Of a stretch of 64,000 bases of DNA, positions 12,026-30,912 are shown piece by piece. The notes beneath the pieces were generated by a model that saw only the letters and a program-made list of their open reading frames with translations, was not told the origin of the DNA and did not search any database. The position numbers and the translations under genes were made by a program. Within the stretch, counting starts at the first letter, position 1, and every line of letters starts with the position of its first letter. The DNA lies in NCBI RefSeq assembly GCF_009914755.1, contig NC_060926.1, one strand, 5' to 3'. The stretch comes from the human T2T-CHM13v2.0 reference genome, Homo sapiens.

Positions 12026-15000
12026 AAAAAGTACATAACTTAAATATATCAATATCTATGAGAAAGTATTAAAAATTAGCTAATCACTTTCAAATTAGCC
12101 AGAGACATTAAGCAGTGAATACTGGTAGCCAAGTATGCACAGAGAAGTAACTTAAGTTTAAGACAGTAAGGTTTGGAAGTATAGAAAGACACAGATACAC
12201 AAAACTGTAGAAATATAGAAAGGTTAGAAACAGGGAAGATAGATACACAAAACCAAATCAGTAATAAGTGTGTAGAAAATAATTTGACTTTGGGTAATGT
12301 TACTTGTAATTCTATAAAACACAGATTTATCTACTTCAAAAACACAAGCAATAAGGACTTCCAGTGAAGACCTGTATGGACTAAATTTTAAGCAGCCGTA
12401 ATAGGCAAGGATTTAGTGATTATTAGTATTTCATCTCTGATGTGGAAAAGCAATCGTTGTAAGCCAGAATGATATGGATTAATATGGGGCACAAAAAATA
12501 CCTATGTCAATGGAAGAGGACAAATATCCAAGTCAGGACCAAAAGTGACACACTTTGTCTCCAAGCTAAGTAAGACCTTCGTTTATTCAGTATTAAAAGT
12601 TATTGCCAGAATTATCTTGCAGGAATACTTGTATATTATATGTGAATTGATACTTTTGTATAAACATGTACCTATGAAAATATACAGAATGGATATGTAT
12701 GTGACTGTCACCAAATTGATATCTAATTTTTCATCAATGTGTGTTTATTGATCCTGTCTTTACTTTTGTTCTTTCTTTTTAAAGAAACCCCAAGTCAAAA
12801 AGAAAGACATATACTCCAGGTAATGTAAAGGTGGTGTAACTGAACCACTGTACTACCTCAATTTCAGAGTGTTTTGCCAGTATATCAAAGCTGAGGCTGG
12901 GGCAGGAAGGAAAGCATCAGAATGGTGCTTAAACAAGGACAATTCCCCGGCAGGAGGACCTGCAGCTGTCTGCAATGTCTACATACACTGTAGTATGCAC
13001 ATTTAAATATCACTTTCATTCGCTATATAGGAAGGAAAGGCTAGGATAATTATTGAAAGAAGATAAAACATCAGGTAAACCCAAATACACAAGCATATAA
13101 ATATATAGCACATTATTTAAATTTGTTCACTTAGCAAATGAAGTGATGTGAAAGTATTAAATTGAAATATCTAGTCTTTTCTTTCACCTTGCCATTTTAG
13201 AAGTCATTTTATAAGTACCTCCCCAAATAAATAGATTGAATAAATAAAGCATGCAATGTAATTGATATTAACATAATTAATGAAACTAGTTTCATTAGGT
13301 AATGGATGCTAAAAGGTAAGCCACACATAACTTAATCTCATTTTTATTTTGAATTTTAAAATCAGACACCAAACTATATGAAAGTTTCATTACTAGTATT
13401 TATTAGAAATATGGGACCAAAATCAATGACAACTTTAGCTACAGTGAGGATATTTTGAGATCTGTTTGACATAAGGAAGTATAGTTAATACCCTTCCCAT
13501 ATTCATGAATCTTATCTTTTATTCACATTTAAAAACAATTTTAAAATAATTGTTTTCTTAGCCCTTTTAAAAACTGATATCCATTTCTACTCTTTCTCTC
13601 AGAATAGGTTCCTTATTGTTTCTTGCTTGTCTAAATGTTTTAAATTATATTCATATATTTAAAGGAGATATGCTGTTATACAAATTCTACTCATTCAATC
13701 TGCATTTCTCAGCAGTGATCTCCTTAGGAAAAAAATATGTTGTGTGAAACAATTTAAAATATTTTAAAAACCCTAAAGATTAGAAATACTCGACAGTAAA
13801 ACATATCTCGATGTGTCTCAGTATTGGAAATCATACTTTTTTCTTTAGCATTGTTTATAATTTCTTTTAACTGATTAGTTCAGTGCTCAAACTACTTGCT
13901 AGTTGTAGGTGGGGAGTCTTTCCTCTTTCAAGCTTTCAAGGTATCTTTTAATACCCTGCAATGTAAATAATGTGAAGTTATCTGAAGAAGAACGCTGTTC
14001 AGTCCTTCAGAAAAGTCTATTTGAGAAGTCTTTCCAGACCCTTGTTAAAACAATACTTACTTTAAGAAAAAAATATCTATCATTCATTCCACTGCATTGT
14101 TCATTTGTCACTTTTAGTTTAGTTAGAGCAAATCCAGAACCCTAGTACACTATCCTTTCACTCATTCTTCCATCTCAACGCCCCCTCTCAAGTATATAAC
14201 ATATGGAAGGATTGTTTTCTGATACCTTTAACCATTCTGCCAAACAGGAATATATTACAAGGAATATTTAATAGCTTCAAGAAGCCAAATATATTTCCTA
14301 TTACTTGTGTAGAGTATTTAGAGAGCTATTTAGTATCTAAGATCAAAGACAGTCTTTTAAATTTAATATGCATCTTCTCTGCCTTTTCATCAGTTATTTC
14401 TTGAGCATTTTACAGACACTGTGCTACCACTTCTCTAAGAAAATGGTTTATATGACTTGCTTGATTAACATTTAAACTTGTTTTGGTCCTATTAATAGGA
14501 AAAACCTTTCTATCCTTTTCCAAAGAGATGATTATGTATATTTAATTTACACTTTGGTTGGTAATGATGACATGCATTGCATTTTGGGAAGAACGGTCTT
14601 AACAGGTGCATGGGGCAATAGGAGGGCATCTGCAAGTAGCCAGCAGATGGGCATGGCAGTGGGAGAGGACCACCAGGTAATCAGCAGATGGACAGCGCAG
14701 AAGAAAGGAAACTCCGTGTGAGCAGCGAATGGCTAGACCAGCAGTAAAACTTTGCCACTTGGCATATGGTACAATGCTTATTGCATCAGCTGGAATTTGT
14801 ACTACTACATTTTTGGCCAAGTCAGGAAGAGAGATTTCTAAAATATGCATATGACATTTCTTTCAAAATTCAGCAATATTTTCACAGACAAAATTGCAAA
14901 TTCTTCCTTAACAAGTTGTATTACTCTTCTTTTTGGTTCACAAAAGAATTTGGTATTTTGTGCCCACAAAATAATTCTGAAACTGGGATCAAATCCATCC

Positions 15001-15510
15001 ACCTCACCAGAAGAAAGAAAGCTTCTAAAAAGTAAAAGCATTCACTTGCATTAATTAAAAAAAAAAAAAAAACTTAACGTAATGATGTGTTTCATCTTGG
15101 TATGTATTTAATGGAATAGTTCATTCATTCATTTATTAATTCATTCCAAAAGCTTGGTAAAAATATTAGTGCTTTATTAGATACACCACCTGCAGCTTAA
15201 TCTTCCTATATCACAACATTGATTATTTCAGTCTCCAGCTTAAATATCTTTATTTTTTATTGCCCAATCATAAAAAGTTCAAATTATGTAGAGTGAATGT
15301 AGGTCCCTCCACAATCTGGTGTCAAAGCATCTCAGAGTCATAACCCAAAATGCTTTGTACATCTTCTATAATTGTTTCTTTTTCTGATATATGACATACT
15401 TCTTTGTCTGTTTTTGTCCACCAGGTCTCACCACCCATTTCTGTCCAATCTTAACCATTCTTCAAAACCCATTCAAGTATTTAAATGAATAGATCTTGAT
15501 TATATTATCT

Positions 15511-15650
15511 TGAATGGAAGTGTTTGGCAAAGAAACAACTTTCTAAGCTGAGCTTTAGAATATTTTATTAGAACATATTTCTTTCTCTATTGAGGGCTGT
15601 TAGGCCACGTAACTACAAATTTTTAAGGAACTGGAGATTGTGTGTTTATA
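15511..15650 (-). repeat. Inverted duplicate of 17121-17259
   Basis: Reverse complement matches ...ttaaaaatttgtagttac...gaaagaaa.atgttctaataaa.tattctaaagctcagcttagaaag...tttctttgccaaacactt, ~85% identity. Confidence 0.9.
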
Positions 15651-16007
15651 TTTCTTAATGACACTTAGAACATTCTGTTCCTGTGTTTTTCAAAAATGTC
15701 TCTTATTTTCGTTACTAAATTGAACTCCTTCAGGAATTACTAACCTAGATCTACCATGTTGTCTTAACCATAGTAAATATTCAATGAATATTTGACAACA
15801 AAAATATTTAGAGTAACAGATAATTATTCAAAAGGAAATATCATTTAATATTTTATATTTAATCAAAAACTTGAATGTATCACACTATCAGAAGTCTTTT
15901 AGATACTTCTCAAGACTTATTTGGTATTTTACATGTACTTTTTTGTAGGTGGTGATTAAAAATGTTGGAATATACTTAAGACATTTTCTACTTAAACGCT
16001 GAAAAAA

Positions 16008-16197
16008 TTCCCCAATTATATTTTGTTAAAATGTATAGTTATTCTATAAATATGTTTTCTAAACAAAGATATATTCAGCATAAATTCTTTTCAAATTGCA
16101 CAATTTCCCCAATTATAATTTGTTAAAACGTATATTTATTCTACAAATAAATACTTTCTAAACAAAGATAAGTTCAGCATAAATTATTTTCAAATTA
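16008..16197. repeat. 97-bp tandem duplication
   Basis: ttccccaattata.tttgttaaaa...ttctaaacaaagata..ttcagcataaatt at 16008 and 16105. Confidence 0.9.
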
Positions 16198-16509
16198 TAA
16201 TAAGCTCCAAGTAAACAGAATCAAATTTCTAGGGTTTTATGGATTTGGTTTGATTTTCTCCTCCATATCATACTTCTATCTCATCCAGCATTCAGTCCTT
16301 ATCTTGATACAAACTCAAGGGCAAGTACTCTTCTGTATGTTATAATCAGCATTCCTGTGAAGATTTCATACCTCGATCAATTACATTTGAAAATATCCTA
16401 GAAAAATATCAGTGTCATGGGAAGAGGATTTCTCTACTCACTTTTGTAAAGAACTGGGCAAGGCATAGCAAAGGAAATAATAGAATGAAGATATAACCTG
16501 GAGGAAATA

Positions 16510-16738
16510 ACACACACACACACACACACACACGCAAACACACACACAGTTGAATGATTAAATCACATACACAGTGGAATAATTAAATCACGCACACACA
16601 CGTAGTGGAATGATCAGATCATGCACACACAGTGGAATTATTAAATCATAACACACACACACACACATATATATATTTGTGAAAACATCTCATTGTACCC
16701 CATAAATATGTACAATTATTATTTGTCAATTAATATAA
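16510..16738. repeat. (CA)n-laced ~27-bp minisatellite (4 copies) joined to an L1MA 3' terminus
   Basis: acacagtggaatgattaaatca-like unit x4, then aaaacatctcattgtaccccataaatatgtacaattattatttgtcaattaa. Confidence 0.75.
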
Positions 16739-17159
16739 AGGAACTGGAGTAAGGAATCAGAATCCAAGAAGTGACAAGTCAGCTTCTTCCACTTATCTAA
16801 GTAACATATAGAAGGCACATAACATAGATTTATACACATGCATCTTTCAATCTGGCAGCTGAAAGGTAGATGTTTTACTTTATAAATTCTATATCCCAAA
16901 GTACTTCAAAATAAAATATAGTAATATCTACTTTGATATTTCCAGATAGCACCTTTTATCATAGCATTTTCGTGCTCCTAAATTATAGCACAGAATGTGA
17001 AAATGTGAAATTTGAATCTGAAAATTTCTAAGAGTTTAAGTAAACGTATTATATGTTCTAACTTCAAATAAAATAACTAAACTTTGTAATTATATGTATG
17101 CTTCCGAGTATAAAAATAAAAATGAACACAATTTCCAGTTACTTAAAAATTTGTAGTTA

Positions 17160-17872
17160 CTTGGACTAATAGGGCCCACTACAGAAAGAAACATGTTCTA
17201 ATAAAGTATTCTAAAGCTCAGCTTAGAAAGCTGTTTCTTTGCCAAACACTTGCAATTCACTGAGAGAAAACAGCTTATGATGAATCTTTTAGAAAGCAGG
17301 CTTATAGTTGCTTTTTATAGCTGCATATGTAAACCCATGTAATATGAACCAATGGAGAAAGAAACATGTTCTAATAGATTTTCAGTTTGCTTACAAAGTT
17401 GCTTCTCTGTGAAACTCTTCCATTCACTGAAAGAAAAAAAATTATGATGCATCTTTTTTGTTTGTTTGTTTGTTTGTTTGTTTGTAGAGCTAGGGTATCT
17501 ATGTGTTTCCCAGGCTGTCTTGTATTCCAAGCCTCAAGTGATCCTCCCACTTCGGCCTCCCAAAGTGCTTGAGCCACTGCATCCGGCTTTATCATGCATC
17601 TTAAGAAAGAAAGCATGCTTGCATTTATTTTTATTGCTGAATTTTGCTACTTGGAATGTTAGAGTCCCATAAAGAATGAAACATGTTCTAATAATATATT
17701 CTAAAGGCTAGCTTAGAAGTGTTTTTTTTTTTTTTTGTCAAACACTTCCATTCACTGAAAGAAAACAGCACATGATCAATCTTTAAGAAAGCATGCTTAC
17801 ATTTACCTTTTATAGCTTCATATGTAAACCCATGTAATATAAACCAGTAAAGAAAAAACATGTTCTAATTTT
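17160..17872. repeat. Diverged ~175-bp tandem array (about 3 units plus the start of a 4th)
   Basis: Recurrent aaacatgttctaat (~17189, 17362, 17679, 17856), cattcactga.agaaaa and catatgtaaacccatgtaatat. Confidence 0.85.
17456..17588 (-). mobile_element. FLAM_C / Alu left monomer
   Basis: (TTTG)n tail and a single monomer; TSD ttatgatgcatctt/ttatcatgcatctt. Confidence 0.85.
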
Positions 17873-18211
17873 TGTTTTGGTTTGTTTTTGTTGCTTTTTT
17901 TTTTTTTTTGAGACAGAGTCTCGCTCTGTTGCCCGGGCTGGAGTGCAGTGGACCAGGCTGGAGTGCAGTGGCACAATCTCGGCTACCTGCAAGATCCGCC
18001 TCCCGGGTTCACACCATTCTCCTGCCTCAGCCTCCTGAGTAGCTGGGACTACAGGCACCCGCCACTACGCCCAGCTAATTTTTTGGTATTTTTAGTAGAG
18101 ACGGGGTTTCACCGTGTTAGCCAGGATGGTCTTGATCTCCTGACCTTGTGACCCGCCCACCTCAGCCTCCCAAAGTGCCAGGATTACAGGCATGCGCCAC
18201 CGCACCCGGCC
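17873..18211 (-). mobile_element. AluY with an internal ~20-bp duplication
   Basis: AluY-type ccgggttcacaccattctc; ggctggagtgcagtgg occurs twice; TSD aacatgttctaatttt/aacaagttctaatttt. Confidence 0.95.
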
Positions 18212-19697
18212 AACAAGTTCTAATTTTAAAAATATATACTAGTTAGCCCTCTTGTTAATCTTAACAAATTTAAATAATCATTATTTTAAGTTGATGAATA
18301 TAAAACAACTGGTTCTTATTTTTCTGCTCTTATTTCTTTGTGTTTTTCACACTGCTGCAACAAATCTACTCTACAGATATATCTCAAAATTACAGATTAT
18401 TTGGTCATTTTGATGGTCCTCAATTTTCCAAGATGGTTAGAGATACAGAAATAATTTTTCAACATTACAAGTGCAAGAGGTTACTTGTGTTTATCAACAT
18501 CTGAATCTTCCCTTTTGGACAACTGGTGGGAGGTATATGACTTATACAAAAACACAACTCATTCTTGTGATCTGAAATCTTTAGTTACATAGTTGAAATA
18601 AACACAATAACTAAGCTTTCATGTATAAATGTTCACCAATTTCTTCTGAAGTTCCCTTCAGTTTAAGGAATAAAATACGTCTATTGTTTTTTGTAATCCT
18701 CAAAATAGCTTCAATGTTCAGTCTATCTCAAAATGATATTACCTAATTGGGAACTAGCCATTAATTTCAGATATTGCATTTCCTGTTTGCATTTTCATGC
18801 AATATTTTATTAACTAAAAAGGCAAAAACACTTCTATTTAACCCTTCCTCAGTTTTTAGCCTTTTATTTCAAAATCGGCCATATTGGAGTTTCTTTCAGA
18901 AAATCATGACAAATTTAGCCATTCTTAAGTAAAGGAGATTCAAGATGAAGAACAAAAGCTTTACTTTTTTCTCAAATGTCTTATTTTCTTTGTTGCCCAT
19001 CAATTTAGAAAACAGTGAATCCTCACTATGGTGAAGGGATGGATCCTAGTTCACTAGGTGAAAACGCTGGGTCACTTTTCTCAATCTCTGTCAAAAATTT
19101 AGTTAGACTCGATCTTTGGTATCCCATTACAACACACATTCAGTTCGTTTACCTTTTAACTCACTTGAAATTACTCCATCTTGAAGATGACACGGGAAGG
19201 GAAGAACTGATGAGTTCTAAAGGTAACAGTAGAGATGATTGGCTTTTTTGTTGTTATGTGATTATGGACTTGCCTGAACCTTCATAAAATGTCCAGCTAC
19301 TAAATATAGTGGGCAACAGAGCTAAAAACTATTGCTGCTTTTCTTAGCCTTTGATAAAATATATAAGAGAAGGCTACTATTGGGGACAAATTTTAATTTC
19401 ATATAGTACAACTTCCTTATTTATAGTTAACATTAAGTGAGCTTCACATAATTACACAGCTTGTTAGTAACAAAAATAAGAATAAACAGTATGTACCTAG
19501 TTAAATATTTTTTCATTATGTCTTCTCTCCATTGTATACTTTAAATCCTATAATTTGTATATGCATTAAAAATAAGAACTTAAATTAGACACAGAAAGTT
19601 CCCATAATAAGAAGCCACACTTGAAATAGTCAGATTTCCTACTTTAAATGGATAACAAAGCGTTCTAATTTTTGAAACGTATTTTGGATTGGTTTAG

Positions 19698-20025
<328 letters not shown>

Positions 20026-21891
20026 TGGAATGAATTATTTAACCATCAATGCCTATTTATAAGGTTCATTAAATATAAATATGAAATGATTAGAAAATGC
20101 AAGACCATATTTAGCAAAGTAACAGAACTCTTGTCAAAATAGATCATCATAAAACAAACAAAATTTTAATAACAACCCTAGAAAAATTTTGTGCCAACAC
20201 ATGTGAAAAAGCTTCACTACAATACAGCTAATCTAAAAGTGTATACCTCACCATGCCATTAAATATTGACTTTTTATCTATTTTTAGATTTTTCCGTTTG
20301 CTACTAAATTATTAGCACTTCAAATTTTTAAAAATTCAGGTTTTTGTAACTGGTAAAATGTAAGATTAAGATGATTACCTTAGGATATTTAATGTAATAT
20401 AAAATTCAGTGGAGAAGTCAGTTAATCAAAGTATGAATTGTGGAATGTCTTAAGCTACTATCAAGGTCTCCTGTTTATAGTCTGCATATCTGGGAATAAT
20501 TTGTGAATGTCTGAGATGTGGGAATTTATATGTGATTTTGGAGATGAGGCCTTCCTGGAAGTGTAGTATGACATTTGCTGGGAGAAAAAAACAAGAATGC
20601 AAAGCACTGAAAACTAATTTGCAGAAGAGGAGGATGCATAAAGAGGGTAAGCATTTATCAAACATGTTATACTACAGAGGGGAAAAGTTCCTTGTTGATG
20701 GAGAAGTTCCTTAGCTTTCGTACTACACATCCATCATATGAGGACAGAAAATATCACAGATAAATATTGCATTGTATAATATAGTATTCTGAATACAAAT
20801 AAGGAAGAGATTCTAAATGTCAATGCATAATGGATACCTCACATGTGGCTTTTATTCTAATTTGTTTTGCTGATTTTACGCTTGGGAATGATACCCAGGC
20901 TGTTAGTTACTGAAATGATAATGCTTTATCACAGTTGTGATTTCTTATAAAAATTTAATTCAGACCTACCAGCTCTAAACTATAAAACCATAGATATCAA
21001 TTTAGAAAGCTATTATGTAAGAATAGGTGAATCTTAACTGACAATAAGTTCGATTGAGATACACTTCATTATTTAACACACAGGTGCATAGTATTAATAA
21101 TATTGCTACTTAAAGAAAAGTTTTTTTTCTCTAAAGCTTACAAAATTACATATTTCAGCTATAGTTAATTCATATTAATCTGCTGGAAATGAAATTATTT
21201 TTCTTCAAGTAATATAGGGAAACATGCTGATCTTAAACAGAATTGTACACAAAGTGCTTGGTAATATAAAAAGCATTATGTTGCCAATTTGCCCTTGCAG
21301 AATATAATAATATCAAGTAGTATCATTTAGGAAGCATAAACTAAAATAAACATCAGGACCAAGCCCCACAACTAACCAAAATAAAACAAATTTTAAAAAG
21401 CCCATCTAAATAGGAACAAAGATTATTTAAAATATATTTAAGATCTTAAGTAAAATGGATTTAATTGTATATTAAATTGATTTCCTTTAAGTTTTCTAAT
21501 CAAAACAGTGAGAAAATTTGCTCTGAAAACCTACCACCTAATTTTCAAACATTTACATCAAGAGATAGGTAACATAGGTGAAAGAATTTTTAAGAATAAG
21601 ACTGAAATTCAAGATTCATGTTGTCTTCATGAAGTTGAAAATTCATTTTGTCAGTTTCAGAAACAATGAATTCAAGGGCCCCAAAAATATCAATGTTGAA
21701 GCCAATGTCAACATTTTAAAAAGTTACATTTAATTTTGTCTCAATTTTTAAACCCTCCCATGAATCACACAAGATTCATGCTTTGTTTTCAGTCAATTTA
21801 TAAAATATTAGATTTCCATTACCATTATTATCATCATGATCAGTTTTTACAATTCCAAGATAGAGTATAAGCAATCTACAATCTGTTTTTA

Positions 21892-28821
<6,930 letters not shown>

Positions 28822-30672
28822 CAATCTGTTTTTAGATGCAGAAATGTTTTAAAATATGCATGAAAATTTTTTAACAATTAGATTTCTAGATATTTGAAGT
28901 CCAACATAGAAAATTTAAAATGAGTGGCTAAAATAAACAAATAATTTAAATGTAGAAAAACCTGCACATACTTTCAAAAGAAAGAAATAACACATTATTT
29001 TTATGTTGATAGTCATGTTAGTAATATTAAATTTTATAAAATTATCAGACTATAAAAACATTTAAAATCTTACAAATGCTCTTTCCCACTTTCTATTTCA
29101 ATCAGAGTAGATAATAAAAATTTTCTGTATTCTTAAATTCTGATATGTAATCTCAATGTAAGGCAGTAAAAATGAAAAATAAAGTACCTCAACCGCTTTA
29201 TTTACATTAGATATTCTAAAGAAGTATTTTACAGATTATCTTGTTTTGTCCTGGGCTCATACTAAGTTGTGAACTCTCAAAAAAAGGAAGGCGGGTGTTT
29301 CTATCTGTCTTTCTTTCAACACATGTCTATAAATCTAAATGCAAAACATTTTGGGGATATGAGCAGTGCATGGGAAAAGTAATGTATCTGTTTTCATGGA
29401 GTTTACATTCTATATCTTCTTCATGTTTCATTCCAAATTTGTTTCCCGATCAAATATATTTTCGAAATATATTCATCCAAAAAATATCTAATTTTCTAAA
29501 GAAATTATAGAATGTGTGTATATTTTACAAATATGAAATAAACAAGTCTTTTTGATCAACACCTGCAAAAATACATAGTAACTTCCAATGAATTGTGTTT
29601 TTTCTTTTTTTACGTAAACAAGTCCTTCATTTTTACTTTGAATATGCTTTCTTTCTTTTCATTCATGGATTGTCATGTTGAACAGTAGTTTAAAGACAGG
29701 TTCTAATTTATTTTTCTAAACAAAGATTTGAAAAGTGTAATTTCCTCCCCAATTTTTTAGTTATCCTCAGATCTCTCTTAAACTACCTAGAGACATCTTC
29801 TTAACTAGTTCAAAAATTCACTGTTGGATATGCAACATATAGAAAAATGCACAATTGAATTTCAAATCATAGTTTGAATTTTGAAAGATTTGTTAACTCA
29901 TTATCCACTACAAATATTTTATGTGAGGCCTAATAATATCTTTAATTATTATATATAGAAAAATATATTACATTTCTTTTAAATTAATTTCACAAAATAC
30001 CACAGCCCCTATATTTATCTTTAGAGTGAATTGCATTTTAGTATTACCAACTGGCTTGTAAGAGAGGCATTTTAAAAAATGTCTTCATAGGAGTTTTGAG
30101 GAGAACATTGTCTATGCTATCACTAAATGCCTCCTATATAAAGACAGCACCAAATGAAAAATGTTTTTAAGATATAAGGACAATCTGTGCTTTTAATAAA
30201 TGCTGGCTTTGTTGCTTTGTTTTTTCTTTCTCCTCCTTTGTTTAGCTAATAATGAACAACATGTGACTGATCATTCCTGCTTTTGGCTTTTATGCTGAAA
30301 TTTCTAACCAACTCTGAAGCTGCACTATAACAAACAGCTACAAGCCATAGCAAGCAACAAAAGAAAACCTTGAAGAAAGGAAATAATCTGATTTCCAGAG
30401 TTACCATATTATAATATTCAATATATCCACATTTCAAAGAAATAATTTTGAAGCCTGTGAAGAAACAAAAGAATATGGCTCATTCACAGGAGTTAACAGA
30501 GCTGCCTGAAGAACATTGAACATTTTAGACAAAGATTTTAAAGCAAAATTCTCAAATATACTAAAAGAGGTAAAGGCAACCACGAGTAAAACTACAGGAA
30601 AACTAGAAAATATCAATAAAGAGAAATTATAAAAAGAACTTAAAAAGAAATTCTATAATTAAAGAGCACATG

Positions 30673-30912
30673 GTAGGCTGTGGTGGAATGAACTCTTGAG
30701 GCCAGGAGTTCAAGACCAGCATAGGAAACATAGTGAGAAACCATCTCTAAACAAGTTATCTAGGCATGGTAGCTCATGCCTGTTGTACCAGCTACTCAGG
30801 AAGCTGAGGCAGGATAATTGCTTCAGCCCAGGAGTTTGAGGCTACAGTGAGCTAAGATAATGCCACTACACTCTAACCTGGGCAACTCTGTGAAACTCCA
30901 TCTCTTAAAAAA
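30673..30912 (+). mobile_element. AluJ, 5'-truncated
   Basis: ttgaggccaggagttcaagacc and gcccaggagtttgaggctacagtgagc (AluJ-type); TSD-like agagcacat/gaagtacat. Confidence 0.85.

Noticed and set aside
13278-13297. Perfect 20-bp palindrome TAATGAAACTAGTTTCATTA
   Set aside because: One such palindrome is plausible by chance in 64 kb of AT-rich DNA
14599-15054. Four overlapping ORFs on both strands
   Set aside because: No recognisable homology or consistent exon structure; a regulatory reading fits better
16510-17872. Repeat-spacer-like patterns as a CRISPR-type array
   Set aside because: The sequence between motifs is homologous or plain (CA)n rather than unique spacers; eukaryotic context with no cas genes
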